From: an uncultured Acidobacteriota bacterium
GTDB taxonomy: Bacteria; Acidobacteriota; Vicinamibacteria; Vicinamibacterales; 2-12-FULL-66-21
Assembly (NCBI GenBank): GCA_963844245.1
Contig: CAWJNJ010000005.1
Coordinates: 331,889 to 395,888, forward strand
Length of the DNA: 64,000 bases
Direction of reading: 5' to 3'
Positions 1 through 9,286 of the stretch are shown in pieces. Numbering within the stretch: position 1 is the stretch's first letter; each line of letters begins with the position of its first letter. Under the pieces are notes generated by a model, which ran no database searches, was not told the origin of the DNA, and was given only the letters and a program-made list of their open reading frames with translations. Position numbers and translations under genes: made by a program.

Positions 1-1
1 C

Positions 2-400
2 GGCCGCGTTTACGCCCAGGACATCCAGCCCGAGATGATCGGCGCCATCGACCGGCGGGTCGAACGCGAGGGGTTGAAGAACGTCGGGACCGTGCTCGGC
101 ACCCCGGTCAATCCCAACCTCACCAACCCGGTGGACGTCGTCCTCATCGTCGAGACGTATTACGAGATGGAGGACCCGCGGACGCTCCTTCGCAATGTCC
201 GCAACTCCCTCAAGCCTGGCGGCCGGGTCGGCATTGTGGAGTTCAAGAAGGATGGTCACGGCCCGGGCCCACCGATGGACGTGCGGGTCGACCCGGAGAC
301 CGTCATCCGCGACGCCGAGACGGCCGGCCTGCGGTTGGAAGCGCGAGGCGACTTCCTCCGCTATCAATACCTGCTGAAGTTCGTCGTCGATACCAAGTAA
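2..400 (+). CDS. class I SAM-dependent methyltransferase, C-terminal part (5' end lies outside window)
   Basis: Frame is open from the window edge. Sequence LKPGGRVGIVEF..GPGPP fits post-motif-II regions of small SAM methyltransferases. TAA overlaps the next ATG (TAATG at 398-402). Confidence 0.6.
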   Translation, partial: GRVYAQDIQPEMIGAIDRRVEREGLKNVGTVLGTPVNPNLTNPVDVVLIVETYYEMEDPRTLLRNVRNSLKPGGRVGIVEFKKDGHGPGPPMDVRVDPETVIRDAETAGLRLEARGDFLRYQYLLKFVVDTK

Positions 401-1260
401 TGCAGGTTCCAGCGTTCTTCGCCGAGTTCCAGCACGCCACCGACAACGAGCTTCGCCGGCTGGTGCCTGACGCCGGTGACCCCGTGCAGCGGGCGATGGC
501 TTACACGCTGCTGGCGCCGTCCAAGCGCGTGCGCCCGGTGTTGACTCTTCTCTGCGCCCAGTTGTGCGGTGGGTCCGCCGCGCGCGGGCTGCCGGCGGCC
601 GCGGCCGTCGAACTGATCCACGCATCGTCGTTGATCCTCGATGACCTGCCGTCCATGGATGATGCGGCGCTGCGTCGCGGACGCGCGACGAACCACAAGG
701 TGTTTGGCGAAGCGATCGCGATACTCGCAGCCTTTGCGCTACTCAACCTGTCGTTCGGCACGATCTCGAAAGCCTACGATCCGGACCTGGCGGCGCGCTT
801 GACCGCGCTGCTGTCGGGTGCGGTCGGCAACGACGGCCTGATCGGCGGGCAGGCGGCAGATCTGCTGGCGACCGACCAGGTGATTGGATTCGAGATGCTC
901 GAGCGGATCCACCGCGGCAAGACCGGCGCGTTGTTTGTCGCCGCGGCTGCGTCGGGTGCACTGACGGCCGGCGCGTCACCCGAGACCGTCGCCTCGCTGA
1001 CCGCTTACGCAAAGAATCTGGGCCTTGCGTTCCAGATCATCGACGACCTGCTCGACGTCGAAGGGGATCCGGCCGAGACCGGCAAGGACGTCAGGGAAGA
1101 TGTGCGGAAGACCACCTTCGTCTCTTTCAGCGGCGTCGACGGGGCGCGGCAACTGGCGCGCGAGCTGTGCGACACCGCCGATCGGGCGCTCGTCCCCTTC
1201 GGCAAGCGCGCGGACCGGCTCCGTGAGCTGTCTGTATTCGTTGCGAGCCGGAGCCTCTAG
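400..1260 (+). CDS. polyprenyl diphosphate synthase (FPP/GGPP synthase family)
   Basis: 286 aa. First Asp-rich motif LILDDLPSMDD and second motif FQIIDDLLD, plus GKTGALF, are hallmarks of trans-isoprenyl diphosphate synthases. Confidence 0.85.
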   Translation: MQVPAFFAEFQHATDNELRRLVPDAGDPVQRAMAYTLLAPSKRVRPVLTLLCAQLCGGSAARGLPAAAAVELIHASSLILDDLPSMDDAALRRGRATNHKVFGEAIAILAAFALLNLSFGTISKAYDPDLAARLTALLSGAVGNDGLIGGQAADLLATDQVIGFEMLERIHRGKTGALFVAAAASGALTAGASPETVASLTAYAKNLGLAFQIIDDLLDVEGDPAETGKDVREDVRKTTFVSFSGVDGARQLARELCDTADRALVPFGKRADRLRELSVFVASRSL

Positions 1261-1263
1261 CCG

Positions 1264-3192
1264 ATGGACCCTTCGAGGCGCGACGGCCCTCCACCGGCGA
1301 CCGAGATCCGCGTCGATGAACTGCGGACGCAGTTGCGAGCCCTGGGCTATCTCGACGCCGGCGTCGATCGTTTCGTGCTCGGCCCCGCGAGTGGCGCGCG
1401 CAGCCCGTTCGCGATCGCGGCCCTGGGTTCGCTGCGGATCGGTGTGCTGGCCGCCGTCCTTCTCGGCCCCGCGGCGGCAGTAGGGATCGGGACCCGCTTC
1501 CCCGGGCTGGTCACCGGCACGAGCGATGCGATCGTTGTCGCTCTCTACCTCGCGCTGCTCTTCGGTGCGGCCGCCACGATCGTTTCGTTTCTCGCCAGCC
1601 TGATCGTGGCGCGGCTGCCGGTTTCATGGATCGGCCGCCGGGCGCGAAGCGTCTCTCGAGGCGCCGGCGTCGTGGTCGGCGGTGCGTGCCTGGCCTACCT
1701 GACCCTGTGGTGGCGCATTGCGAATCCGGATCTCGCCAGCCTTTCGCCGCTCTGGACCGCCTCGGCGCTCGCCATCGCCGTGTTCATCAGCCTTCTGCTC
1801 GGTCACGCCAGCACCATCACTGCCTTTGCCGTCATTGTCGCCACTCATCCCGAGACAGCACCCGCGCAACGTCGATCGACGTGGAAGCTGACGGTGAGTG
1901 CCGGCATCCTGGCATTCGGATCGGCGGCGGTTCTGCTGCTCATGACCGCACCGGCGCCGGCGTCACAGGGACCAGCGCCGAACCTTGCGGTCGTCTCACC
2001 GGGGGTCCGGGTCCGGGTCATCGCGATAGACGGATTGGATCCCGCCACGGTGCGAGCACTGGCGGCTGCACGCGTGCCGAATCTCAGCCGGATGCTCGAG
2101 GGCGGCTCCATCCACATTGCGGCCGGGGACGTTCGCGATCCCGCGCGCGACTGGACGACGATTGCCACCGGGCAACCACCCGAGGTCCACGGCGTGCAGG
2201 GACTCGAAACGCGGCGAGTGGCAGGAATTCAAGGCTCCGTCTCGTCGAGCCGGCAAGAGGGGGTCTTCAGAGCACTGCGCGGCGCGACCGACATGCTGCG
2301 ATTGACCCGGCCGTCCACGGCGAGCGGGGCGGAACTGCGATCGAAAACGATATGGGAGGTCGCGGCAGACGCCGGGCTGCGGCCCGCGGTCATCAACTGG
2401 TGGGCAACGTGGCCCGCGTCTACCGCCGGCGCCAATCCGCCGATCGTGATCTCTGACCGCGCGACGCTTCGCCTCGAACGCGGCGGAGCGCTTGATGGAG
2501 AGATCGCTCCAGCGGCCCTCTACGACCGCCTCCGTAACGACTGGCCTGCCATAAGGCAGGAAGCGGAGGGGCTCATGACTACCCTGCCGCCATCCAGTGC
2601 TCCCGAATCGGCGGCGGTGTTGAAACGTGCCGCGGAAGTCGACGCCTTGCAAGTCGTCATGGCGTCCCGTGTCCGAGCCGCGTCCGTCGATCTGGTCGCG
2701 CTGTATCTTCCCGGGCTCGACATCGCTCAGCACTCGCTGCTCGGTTCCGGAGCGACGGGTTCACCGTCCGCGCTCCAGGCCAGGCTCGAGGACGTGCGGA
2801 ACTATTACGTCTATCTCGACGGACTGCTGAAAGACGCACTGGTGCCTGCCGATGACGAACTGGTGATCCTGCTGGCGCAGCCAGGACGGCTGCAGACGAT
2901 CGATCACGGATTGATGGCGGCGCAGGGGGCACTCGCGGGAAGCGGCGTCACCGGCACGGCGCGGGCGGTCGACATTGCACCGACAGTGCTTCACGCACTC
3001 GGGGTGCCGGTCAGCCGTGAGGTCGCGGGAACGCCGATCCTCAAGTTGTTCTCGATCGAGTTTGCGAAGAGATTTCCCGTGCGGGAAGTGGAAGGCTACG
3101 GACGGCGAGTGTCGCCGACGGGGCTGCGCGATGGGCAGCCGCTCGACCAGGAGATGATCGAGCGGCTCAGAAGCCTGGGTTACGTGCGCTGA
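1264..3192 (+). CDS. membrane-anchored alkaline-phosphatase-superfamily protein (type I phosphodiesterase/nucleotide pyrophosphatase-like)
   Basis: 642 aa. About 6 hydrophobic N-terminal segments, then VIAIDGLDPATV...DWTTIATGQPPEVHGV, which matches the metal/nucleophile region of PF01663-type enzymes. LRALGYLD near the N-terminus and LRSLGYVR at the C-terminus. Confidence 0.6.
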   Translation: MDPSRRDGPPPATEIRVDELRTQLRALGYLDAGVDRFVLGPASGARSPFAIAALGSLRIGVLAAVLLGPAAAVGIGTRFPGLVTGTSDAIVVALYLALLFGAAATIVSFLASLIVARLPVSWIGRRARSVSRGAGVVVGGACLAYLTLWWRIANPDLASLSPLWTASALAIAVFISLLLGHASTITAFAVIVATHPETAPAQRRSTWKLTVSAGILAFGSAAVLLLMTAPAPASQGPAPNLAVVSPGVRVRVIAIDGLDPATVRALAAARVPNLSRMLEGGSIHIAAGDVRDPARDWTTIATGQPPEVHGVQGLETRRVAGIQGSVSSSRQEGVFRALRGATDMLRLTRPSTASGAELRSKTIWEVAADAGLRPAVINWWATWPASTAGANPPIVISDRATLRLERGGALDGEIAPAALYDRLRNDWPAIRQEAEGLMTTLPPSSAPESAAVLKRAAEVDALQVVMASRVRAASVDLVALYLPGLDIAQHSLLGSGATGSPSALQARLEDVRNYYVYLDGLLKDALVPADDELVILLAQPGRLQTIDHGLMAAQGALAGSGVTGTARAVDIAPTVLHALGVPVSREVAGTPILKLFSIEFAKRFPVREVEGYGRRVSPTGLRDGQPLDQEMIERLRSLGYVR

Positions 3193-3794
3193 CCGATCAG
3201 CTTCCAGAGACCTGGAAGGATCGCGGCGCCGAGGAAGATCTTGAAGACGTCACCGAGCAGGAACGGATAGAGCCCGGCGTGCAAGGCCGCCTCGAAACCG
3301 ATCGCGGCCGGACGCGCAACGAAGGCGAGCCACGGGACGCCGAAGGCGAAGATGACCACCAGGCCGGCCGCCATCGCCAGCACCGAGGTCGAGTAGCGCC
3401 GGTCGAATCCACGCTCTGCCAGGTAGCCGGTCAGGAACGCCGCGAACGGGTAGCTCAGAAGATATCCACCGGTTGGACCGAGAAGGCGCAACGGGCCCTG
3501 TGGCAGGACCGGGGAGGCGGCAAAGACCGGCAATCCCGACAACCCGGCGAGCAGGTATAACACCTGGGCCGCCATCCCGAGACGAGAGCCAAGGGCGGCC
3601 CCGCCGATGAGGACGACCATGTCCTGCATGACGAGTGGCACCGGCGTCACGCCGAGCGGAACGCTGATCTGCGCCGCGGCAGCGGTGGCGGCAGTGATGA
3701 AGAGCATGGCCGCGATGCGCGTGGCGGCGGACATTTCTGTCCCGTTGGTCCACGTGGTGAGGAGCGTGCCGGGCCCGGTTCGTGCGGTGTTCAT
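3180..3794 (-). CDS. bioY: biotin transporter BioY
   Basis: 204 aa, polytopic. QISVPLGVTPVPLVMQ, GLPVFA and GPTGGYLLSYPFAAFLTGYLAERG are typical BioY blocks. The start may be the internal Met at 3734. Confidence 0.8.
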   Translation of the reverse strand: MNTARTGPGTLLTTWTNGTEMSAATRIAAMLFITAATAAAAQISVPLGVTPVPLVMQDMVVLIGGAALGSRLGMAAQVLYLLAGLSGLPVFAASPVLPQGPLRLLGPTGGYLLSYPFAAFLTGYLAERGFDRRYSTSVLAMAAGLVVIFAFGVPWLAFVARPAAIGFEAALHAGLYPFLLGDVFKIFLGAAILPGLWKLIGQRT

Positions 3795-3813
3795 AACTGA
3801 CGGATTCTAACGT

Positions 3814-4602
3814 ATGCGTACGGCACTGACAATTGCGGGGAGCGACTCGGGCGGCGGGGCGGGCATCCAGGCCGACCTGAAGACGTTTGCGGCGCATGGT
3901 GTTTACGGCACCAGTGCCATCACAGCCGTTACCGCCCAGAACACTCGCGCTGTGTCGGGATGGGAAGCGGTTTCCCCGGCCCTGGTCGTCGCGCAGATCG
4001 AGGCCGTGGTCTCGGATATCGGCGCCGACGCCGTCAAGACCGGGATGCTCGCCAATGCCGCCATCGTTGCCGCGGTTGCCGAGACGGTGCGGCGCCTCGG
4101 CCTGGCCGTCCTGGTTGTCGATCCGGTGATGATTGCCAAGGGCGGGGACCGCCTCCTCGAAGAGGCCGCCGTCGCGGCGATCAGGACGCAATTACTTCCG
4201 CTCGCCACGGTCGTCACGCCGAATATTCCGGAGGCCGAGGAACTCACCGGCATGCGCATCACGTCTCTCGACGAGATGAGGACGGCGGCCCGAAGGATCC
4301 TGGAGCTCGGCCCGAGCGTCGTACTGGTGAAAGGCGGGCACCTCGACGGGGACGAGAGTGTCGACATCGCGGCGGACCGGAATGGGACGTTCGAGTTCCG
4401 CGGCCCGCGGATCGCGACACTGCAGACGCACGGCACGGGTTGCACCCTGGCGTCCGCGATCGCCTCGAACCTGGCTCTCGGCTACGAGGTCCGCGATGCC
4501 ATCGGGCGCGCCCGCGTCTACCTCGAGGGCGCGATCAGGAATGCCCCGGGAATCGGGCACGGGCACGGTCCGCTGGGCCATTTCTGGCGCGGGGTATACT
4601 GA
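3814..4602 (+). CDS. thiD: hydroxymethylpyrimidine/phosphomethylpyrimidine kinase
   Basis: 262 aa. [45 protein letters not shown]. Confidence 0.9.
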   Translation: MRTALTIAGSDSGGGAGIQADLKTFAAHGVYGTSAITAVTAQNTRAVSGWEAVSPALVVAQIEAVVSDIGADAVKTGMLANAAIVAAVAETVRRLGLAVLVVDPVMIAKGGDRLLEEAAVAAIRTQLLPLATVVTPNIPEAEELTGMRITSLDEMRTAARRILELGPSVVLVKGGHLDGDESVDIAADRNGTFEFRGPRIATLQTHGTGCTLASAIASNLALGYEVRDAIGRARVYLEGAIRNAPGIGHGHGPLGHFWRGVY

Positions 4603-4607
4603 ATTTT

Positions 4608-5081
4608 GTGTCTCAGCGATTCCGCGTGGGCGACGAACCGCTCGATGCGGCGGCAGTCGTAGCGGCGGTGGCGCACCCCGGCTGCGGCGCAGTGACGACG
4701 TTCATCGGGCTGGTTCGCAATGAAAATGTGGGCCGGCAAGTGCTCTTCCTCGACTACGAAGCTTTCGAACCGCTGGCGGTGAAATCGTTCGAACGCATCA
4801 GTGACGAAGCGGCCGAGCGGTGGCCCTCGACACACCTGGCCATTCACCACCGGGTGGGCCGCGTCAGTATCGGTGAAGCCAGCGTGGCGATCGCGGCCGC
4901 ATCGCCGCACCGGGCCGACGCCTTTGCGGTGGCCCGCTATGCCATCGAGCGCATCAAACAGATCACGCCGATCTGGAAGCATGAGCACTTCGAGGGTGGC
5001 GAGGTCTGGATCGAGGGCGCCACCGCGGATCCGCAGGACGACGAAGCGCGGCAGGTCGCCATGGGGCGGGCATGCTCGTAA
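4608..5081 (+). CDS. moaE: molybdopterin synthase catalytic subunit MoaE
   Basis: GTG at 4608 is in frame with the tail of ORF 3960..5081. GAVTTFIGLVRN, LEYEAY-like LDYEAFEP and PIWKHE are MoaE motifs. The upstream part of that ORF overlaps thiD out of frame and was discarded. Confidence 0.85.
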   Translation: MSQRFRVGDEPLDAAAVVAAVAHPGCGAVTTFIGLVRNENVGRQVLFLDYEAFEPLAVKSFERISDEAAERWPSTHLAIHHRVGRVSIGEASVAIAAASPHRADAFAVARYAIERIKQITPIWKHEHFEGGEVWIEGATADPQDDEARQVAMGRACS

Positions 5082-5317
5082 CCGTGCGGCTGTTTGCACG
5101 GTTGCGTGAGATCGCCGGCGCCCCCGACGTTGCGGTGGTGTTGCCGGAGGCCGCTACCGTACAGGACGCCTGGCAGGCGCTCGCCGGACGATTTCCCGCG
5201 CTGGCGGCATATGCCGGGAGCGTGTCGTGCGCGGTCAACGAGGATTACGCGCGGATGAACGCGGCGCTGAAGCACGGAGACGAAGTGGCGTTCCTGCCAC
5301 CGGTATCCGGCGGGTAA
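5072..5317 (+). CDS. moaD: MoaD/ThiS-family sulfur carrier protein
   Basis: 81 aa ending in PPVSGG (C-terminal Gly-Gly). Overlaps the moaE end by 10 nt. Confidence 0.75.
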   Translation: MLVTVRLFARLREIAGAPDVAVVLPEAATVQDAWQALAGRFPALAAYAGSVSCAVNEDYARMNAALKHGDEVAFLPPVSGG

Positions 5318-5338
5318 GCGATCGCGAGAGCTGATTTT

Positions 5339-6400
<1,062 letters not shown>

Positions 6401-6401
<1 letters not shown>

Positions 6402-7263
6402 TGGCCTCGGTCGCCGAGCGGCTGACGGCTGCGCGGCGGCGGCTCGAAGCGGCCGGTCTGAACGCGGCTGACGCGGCCCTCGACGCCGAGGTGCTCACTC
6501 GCCACATCCTCGGCTGGGACCGCGCCGACCTCATCGTCCGCGGCCGCGACCCCGAGCCACCGGACTTCGCCGCGCGCCTCGACGCCCTGATCAGCTAGGC
6601 GCGCCGCGCGAGAACCTGTCGCCCAGATCACCGGCGTCCGCGAATTCTGGGGGCTGGAATTCGAAATCACACCTGACGTCCTGATCCCGCGCCCGGAGAC
6701 CGAGATCGTTGTCGAAGAAGCGCTGGCATTTGCCGCGGCACATCCGTGCCGGACGATCGTTGACGTCGGTACCGGCAGCTGGCTGCCTCGCCGTCACGAT
6801 CGCGCATGCACTGCCTGACGTTCACGTCACAGCAGTGGACGCGTCCGCGGCTGCACTCGAGGTCGCCCGGCGCAACGCGGCACGTCACGGCGTCGAGGGT
6901 CGCGTCACCTTCCATCACGGCGATGTTCTCGAGGGGCTCTCGGGACGCGCCGACCTCATCGTCTCGAATCCTCCCTACGTGCCGGAAGCCGATGCCGCCT
7001 CCATGCAGGAGGACGTCGTCCGCTACGAGCCGTACATGGCCCTCTTCGGCGGCAGCACAGGATTCGAAGTGATCGAGCGGCTGTTTCGCCAGGCGGCCGA
7101 TCACCTTGCACCCGGCGGGCAACTCATTGTTGAATTCGGCTTCGGCCAGGCCGAGCAGGTCAAAACGCTCGCCGAAGCAGCGGGGTGGCGGATCGTGCGC
7201 GTCCGCGACGACCTGCAGTCCATCCCGCGCACAATTGTCTTGAGCAGGACACCGAATGCCTGA
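6401..7263 (+). CDS. prmC: release-factor glutamine N5-methyltransferase PrmC/HemK, frame broken twice (about 6596 and 6780)
   Basis: Three frame segments: MASVAERL...DALIS; then [36 protein letters not shown]...VDVGTGS; then [12 protein letters not shown]...IVSNPPYV. The NPPY catalytic motif is present. Start ATG overlaps the prfA stop. Confidence 0.85.
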
Positions 7264-7600
7264 CTGTCTCTTCTGCAGAATTATCGCCGGCGAGATTCCA
7301 GCCGCCATCGTCTACCAGGACGAGCAGTTGGTCGCCTTCAAGGACATCACGCCGCAGGCGCCAACCCACATCCTCGTCATCCCGAGGCGCCACATCGCCA
7401 CGCTCAACGATCTCGTGCCGGAAGACGATGGGCTGGTGGGAGAAATGACGCGTCGCGCCGCCGCGATTGCGAAGGAGCTGGGATTGGCGGACCGGGGTTA
7501 CCGGGTCCTTTTCAACTGCAACGCTGAGGCAGGACAGACGGTGTTCCACATCCACCTGCACCTGGTCGGCGGCCGCAGGCTGGGCTGGCCACCCGGATAG
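7256..7600 (+). CDS. HIT-family (histidine triad) nucleotide hydrolase
   Basis: 114 aa. CLFCRI, HILVIPRRH, and the histidine triad VFHIHLHLVGG. Confidence 0.85.
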   Translation: MPDCLFCRIIAGEIPAAIVYQDEQLVAFKDITPQAPTHILVIPRRHIATLNDLVPEDDGLVGEMTRRAAAIAKELGLADRGYRVLFNCNAEAGQTVFHIHLHLVGGRRLGWPPG

Positions 7601-7633
7601 GAGAATGGAAAGGGAAAAGGGAAGATGGAAAAG
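7601..7633 (+). repeat. purine-rich GGAAAAG-word element, copy A
   Basis: GAGAATGGAAAGGGAAAAGGGAAGATGGAAAAG starts immediately after the HIT stop codon. Identical, apart from a 2-nt indel, to the reverse complement of 18684-18718. Confidence 0.8.
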
Positions 7634-7649
7634 TATCTAGCGCGCCAAG

Positions 7650-8468
7650 TCAAGAGTTCACTGGCCCGCGACGGGCTTCGCGCGACAGAAAGAAGTCCAC
7701 GGCACGATAGCCGCGCGCGAAGTAGGCCTGGAAAATCTGGCGCGTCGCCATCCGCCACTCGAGCGCGAGCGCTGGCGCTTGCGCCTGCATCTCGGTGAAC
7801 CCGACCGGGATCTCCACGAGCACGCGGCGGTCCTCGAGATCGAGCCGGCCGGCCATTGGTGCCAGCCACTCGCCCGCCTCTCGCGAGGGGTTTACGACCG
7901 GGGCGGCAACGACCGAGGCGTCGCGCATCAGCAGCCCGGCCTTCTCGGCGGTGCGGCGTTCGACGTGCGGTTCATTGAGGTGCCATTCCGCGACGAAGCG
8001 ATCCGTCGGTGAACCGCGATGCAGCAGGCTGCTCGACTCGCCGTAGATGTTTTCCTCGTACTCCTCGACGACGACGCCGAGCTTCGCGAAGTTGAGGTGG
8101 GCGTTCATCGCCTGCAGTGGATCGTAGGTCCACTCGATGAGGTCCAGCCCCATCGCGCGCGTCGCGTCGCGCTGCGCCAGCTTCAGTCTCGTCCCCAGGT
8201 TCGCTGACCTCGCGGCAGAGGTGACACCCAGCATGTGGGACCACTGCATCAGTCGTCCGGCCTTGATCCCGGGGATGGAGTAAACGAACCCGTTCATCGC
8301 ACCGGCGTCATCGAAGGAGCCGAGCAGAATCCCGCCACGCTTGATCGTCACGATCAGGATCGGCGCCGGCACCACATCTTCGGCGTCGGTATATCCCCAG
8401 ACTTCTTTTTCGAGCGCGACGACTTTCTGGCAGTCTTCGAGGGTTGTCAGTGGACGGATCAGCGACAT
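7650..8468 (-). CDS. GNAT-fold acetyltransferase-like protein (COG3375-like), function unknown
   Basis: 272 aa, long clean ORF. Pattern LEKEVWG..., LGTRLKLAQRDATRAMGLDLIEWTYDPLQAMNAHLNFAKLG resembles predicted GNAT-superfamily proteins. Recalled from memory, not searched. Confidence 0.45.
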   Translation of the reverse strand: MSLIRPLTTLEDCQKVVALEKEVWGYTDAEDVVPAPILIVTIKRGGILLGSFDDAGAMNGFVYSIPGIKAGRLMQWSHMLGVTSAARSANLGTRLKLAQRDATRAMGLDLIEWTYDPLQAMNAHLNFAKLGVVVEEYEENIYGESSSLLHRGSPTDRFVAEWHLNEPHVERRTAEKAGLLMRDASVVAAPVVNPSREAGEWLAPMAGRLDLEDRRVLVEIPVGFTEMQAQAPALALEWRMATRQIFQAYFARGYRAVDFFLSREARRGPVNS

Positions 8469-8480
8469 GGTTCTAACTCA

Positions 8481-8585
8481 CGTGGGGCTCTGCCCCACAC
8501 CCCGGCTCGGTCGCTTGCGGGGGCCCCGACACCCGCGCCGCTCCCTCGCAGGCGCGCCGTGCGCGCCTTGGAGCGTGAAGGTTCT
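8481..8585. repeat. GC-rich REP-like element, copy 1
   Basis: Contains hairpins GTGGGGC-TCT-GCCCCAC and GGCGCGC-CGT-GCGCGCC. Colinear blocks (CCCCACACCCCG, GCTCGG, CGCTCC, CTCGC, GCAGGCGC) are shared with the reverse complement of 58986-59090. Confidence 0.5.
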
Positions 8586-8596
8586 CGGACACGCTC

Positions 8597-9286
8597 CTAC
8601 AGATGCCCCGGCAGTTCGCGCAGCGACTGTATCACCGGCAAATCGGGCGGCGTCCCCACTTGACGGCCGGCACGAGCCACGAGCACGCCGCGCATGCCGA
8701 TCGCGAGCGCGCCCTCGATGTCATGGGCGAGGCTGTCGCCCACCATCACTGCATCGCCCGGCGGCGGGCTGCCGACCGCCTGAAGAGCCGCTTCAAAGAT
8801 GCTGGGGTGCGGCTTCATGAACCCATGCTGGTACGACGAGAGCGAAACATCGAACAGGCCGTTGAGCTCGAAGTGCTCGGCGAACGTCGACAGACACCGT
8901 TGCGTGTTGGAGATCAGCCCGATCTTGACGCCCGTGGACCTGAGCGCGCGCAGCACGTCTGGAACCTCCGGGTACATCTCGAAGTGGTGGCACGCGGCCC
9001 ACTGGTCGTAGATGTCACGCGCCGCCCGCTCCACACCTGGTCCCCGGCCTCCCATGCCCTCGATGATGCGGCTCGTGTACCGGACGAAGATCTCGGGATC
9101 GTAGGCGGCCGATGTGCTCTCGAGCAGAGGTGAGGCCTGCGCGACCGCTCGGTCGAATGCCTCGACCGCCACGGTCACGCCATGTCGAGCACAGAAGTCC
9201 CGATAGCCGCTGGCCTGGAATGAAGGGCCGGGGTGGATGAGCGTGAAGTCGACGTCGAAAAAGACCGCCCGGGTCACCGCAGACAT
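8597..9286 (-). CDS. HAD-superfamily hydrolase
   Basis: 229 aa. Motif I FFDVDFTLI, motif III/IV KPHPSIF...MVGDSLAHDIEGA. Confidence 0.75.
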   Translation of the reverse strand: MSAVTRAVFFDVDFTLIHPGPSFQASGYRDFCARHGVTVAVEAFDRAVAQASPLLESTSAAYDPEIFVRYTSRIIEGMGGRGPGVERAARDIYDQWAACHHFEMYPEVPDVLRALRSTGVKIGLISNTQRCLSTFAEHFELNGLFDVSLSSYQHGFMKPHPSIFEAALQAVGSPPPGDAVMVGDSLAHDIEGALAIGMRGVLVARAGRQVGTPPDLPVIQSLRELPGHL

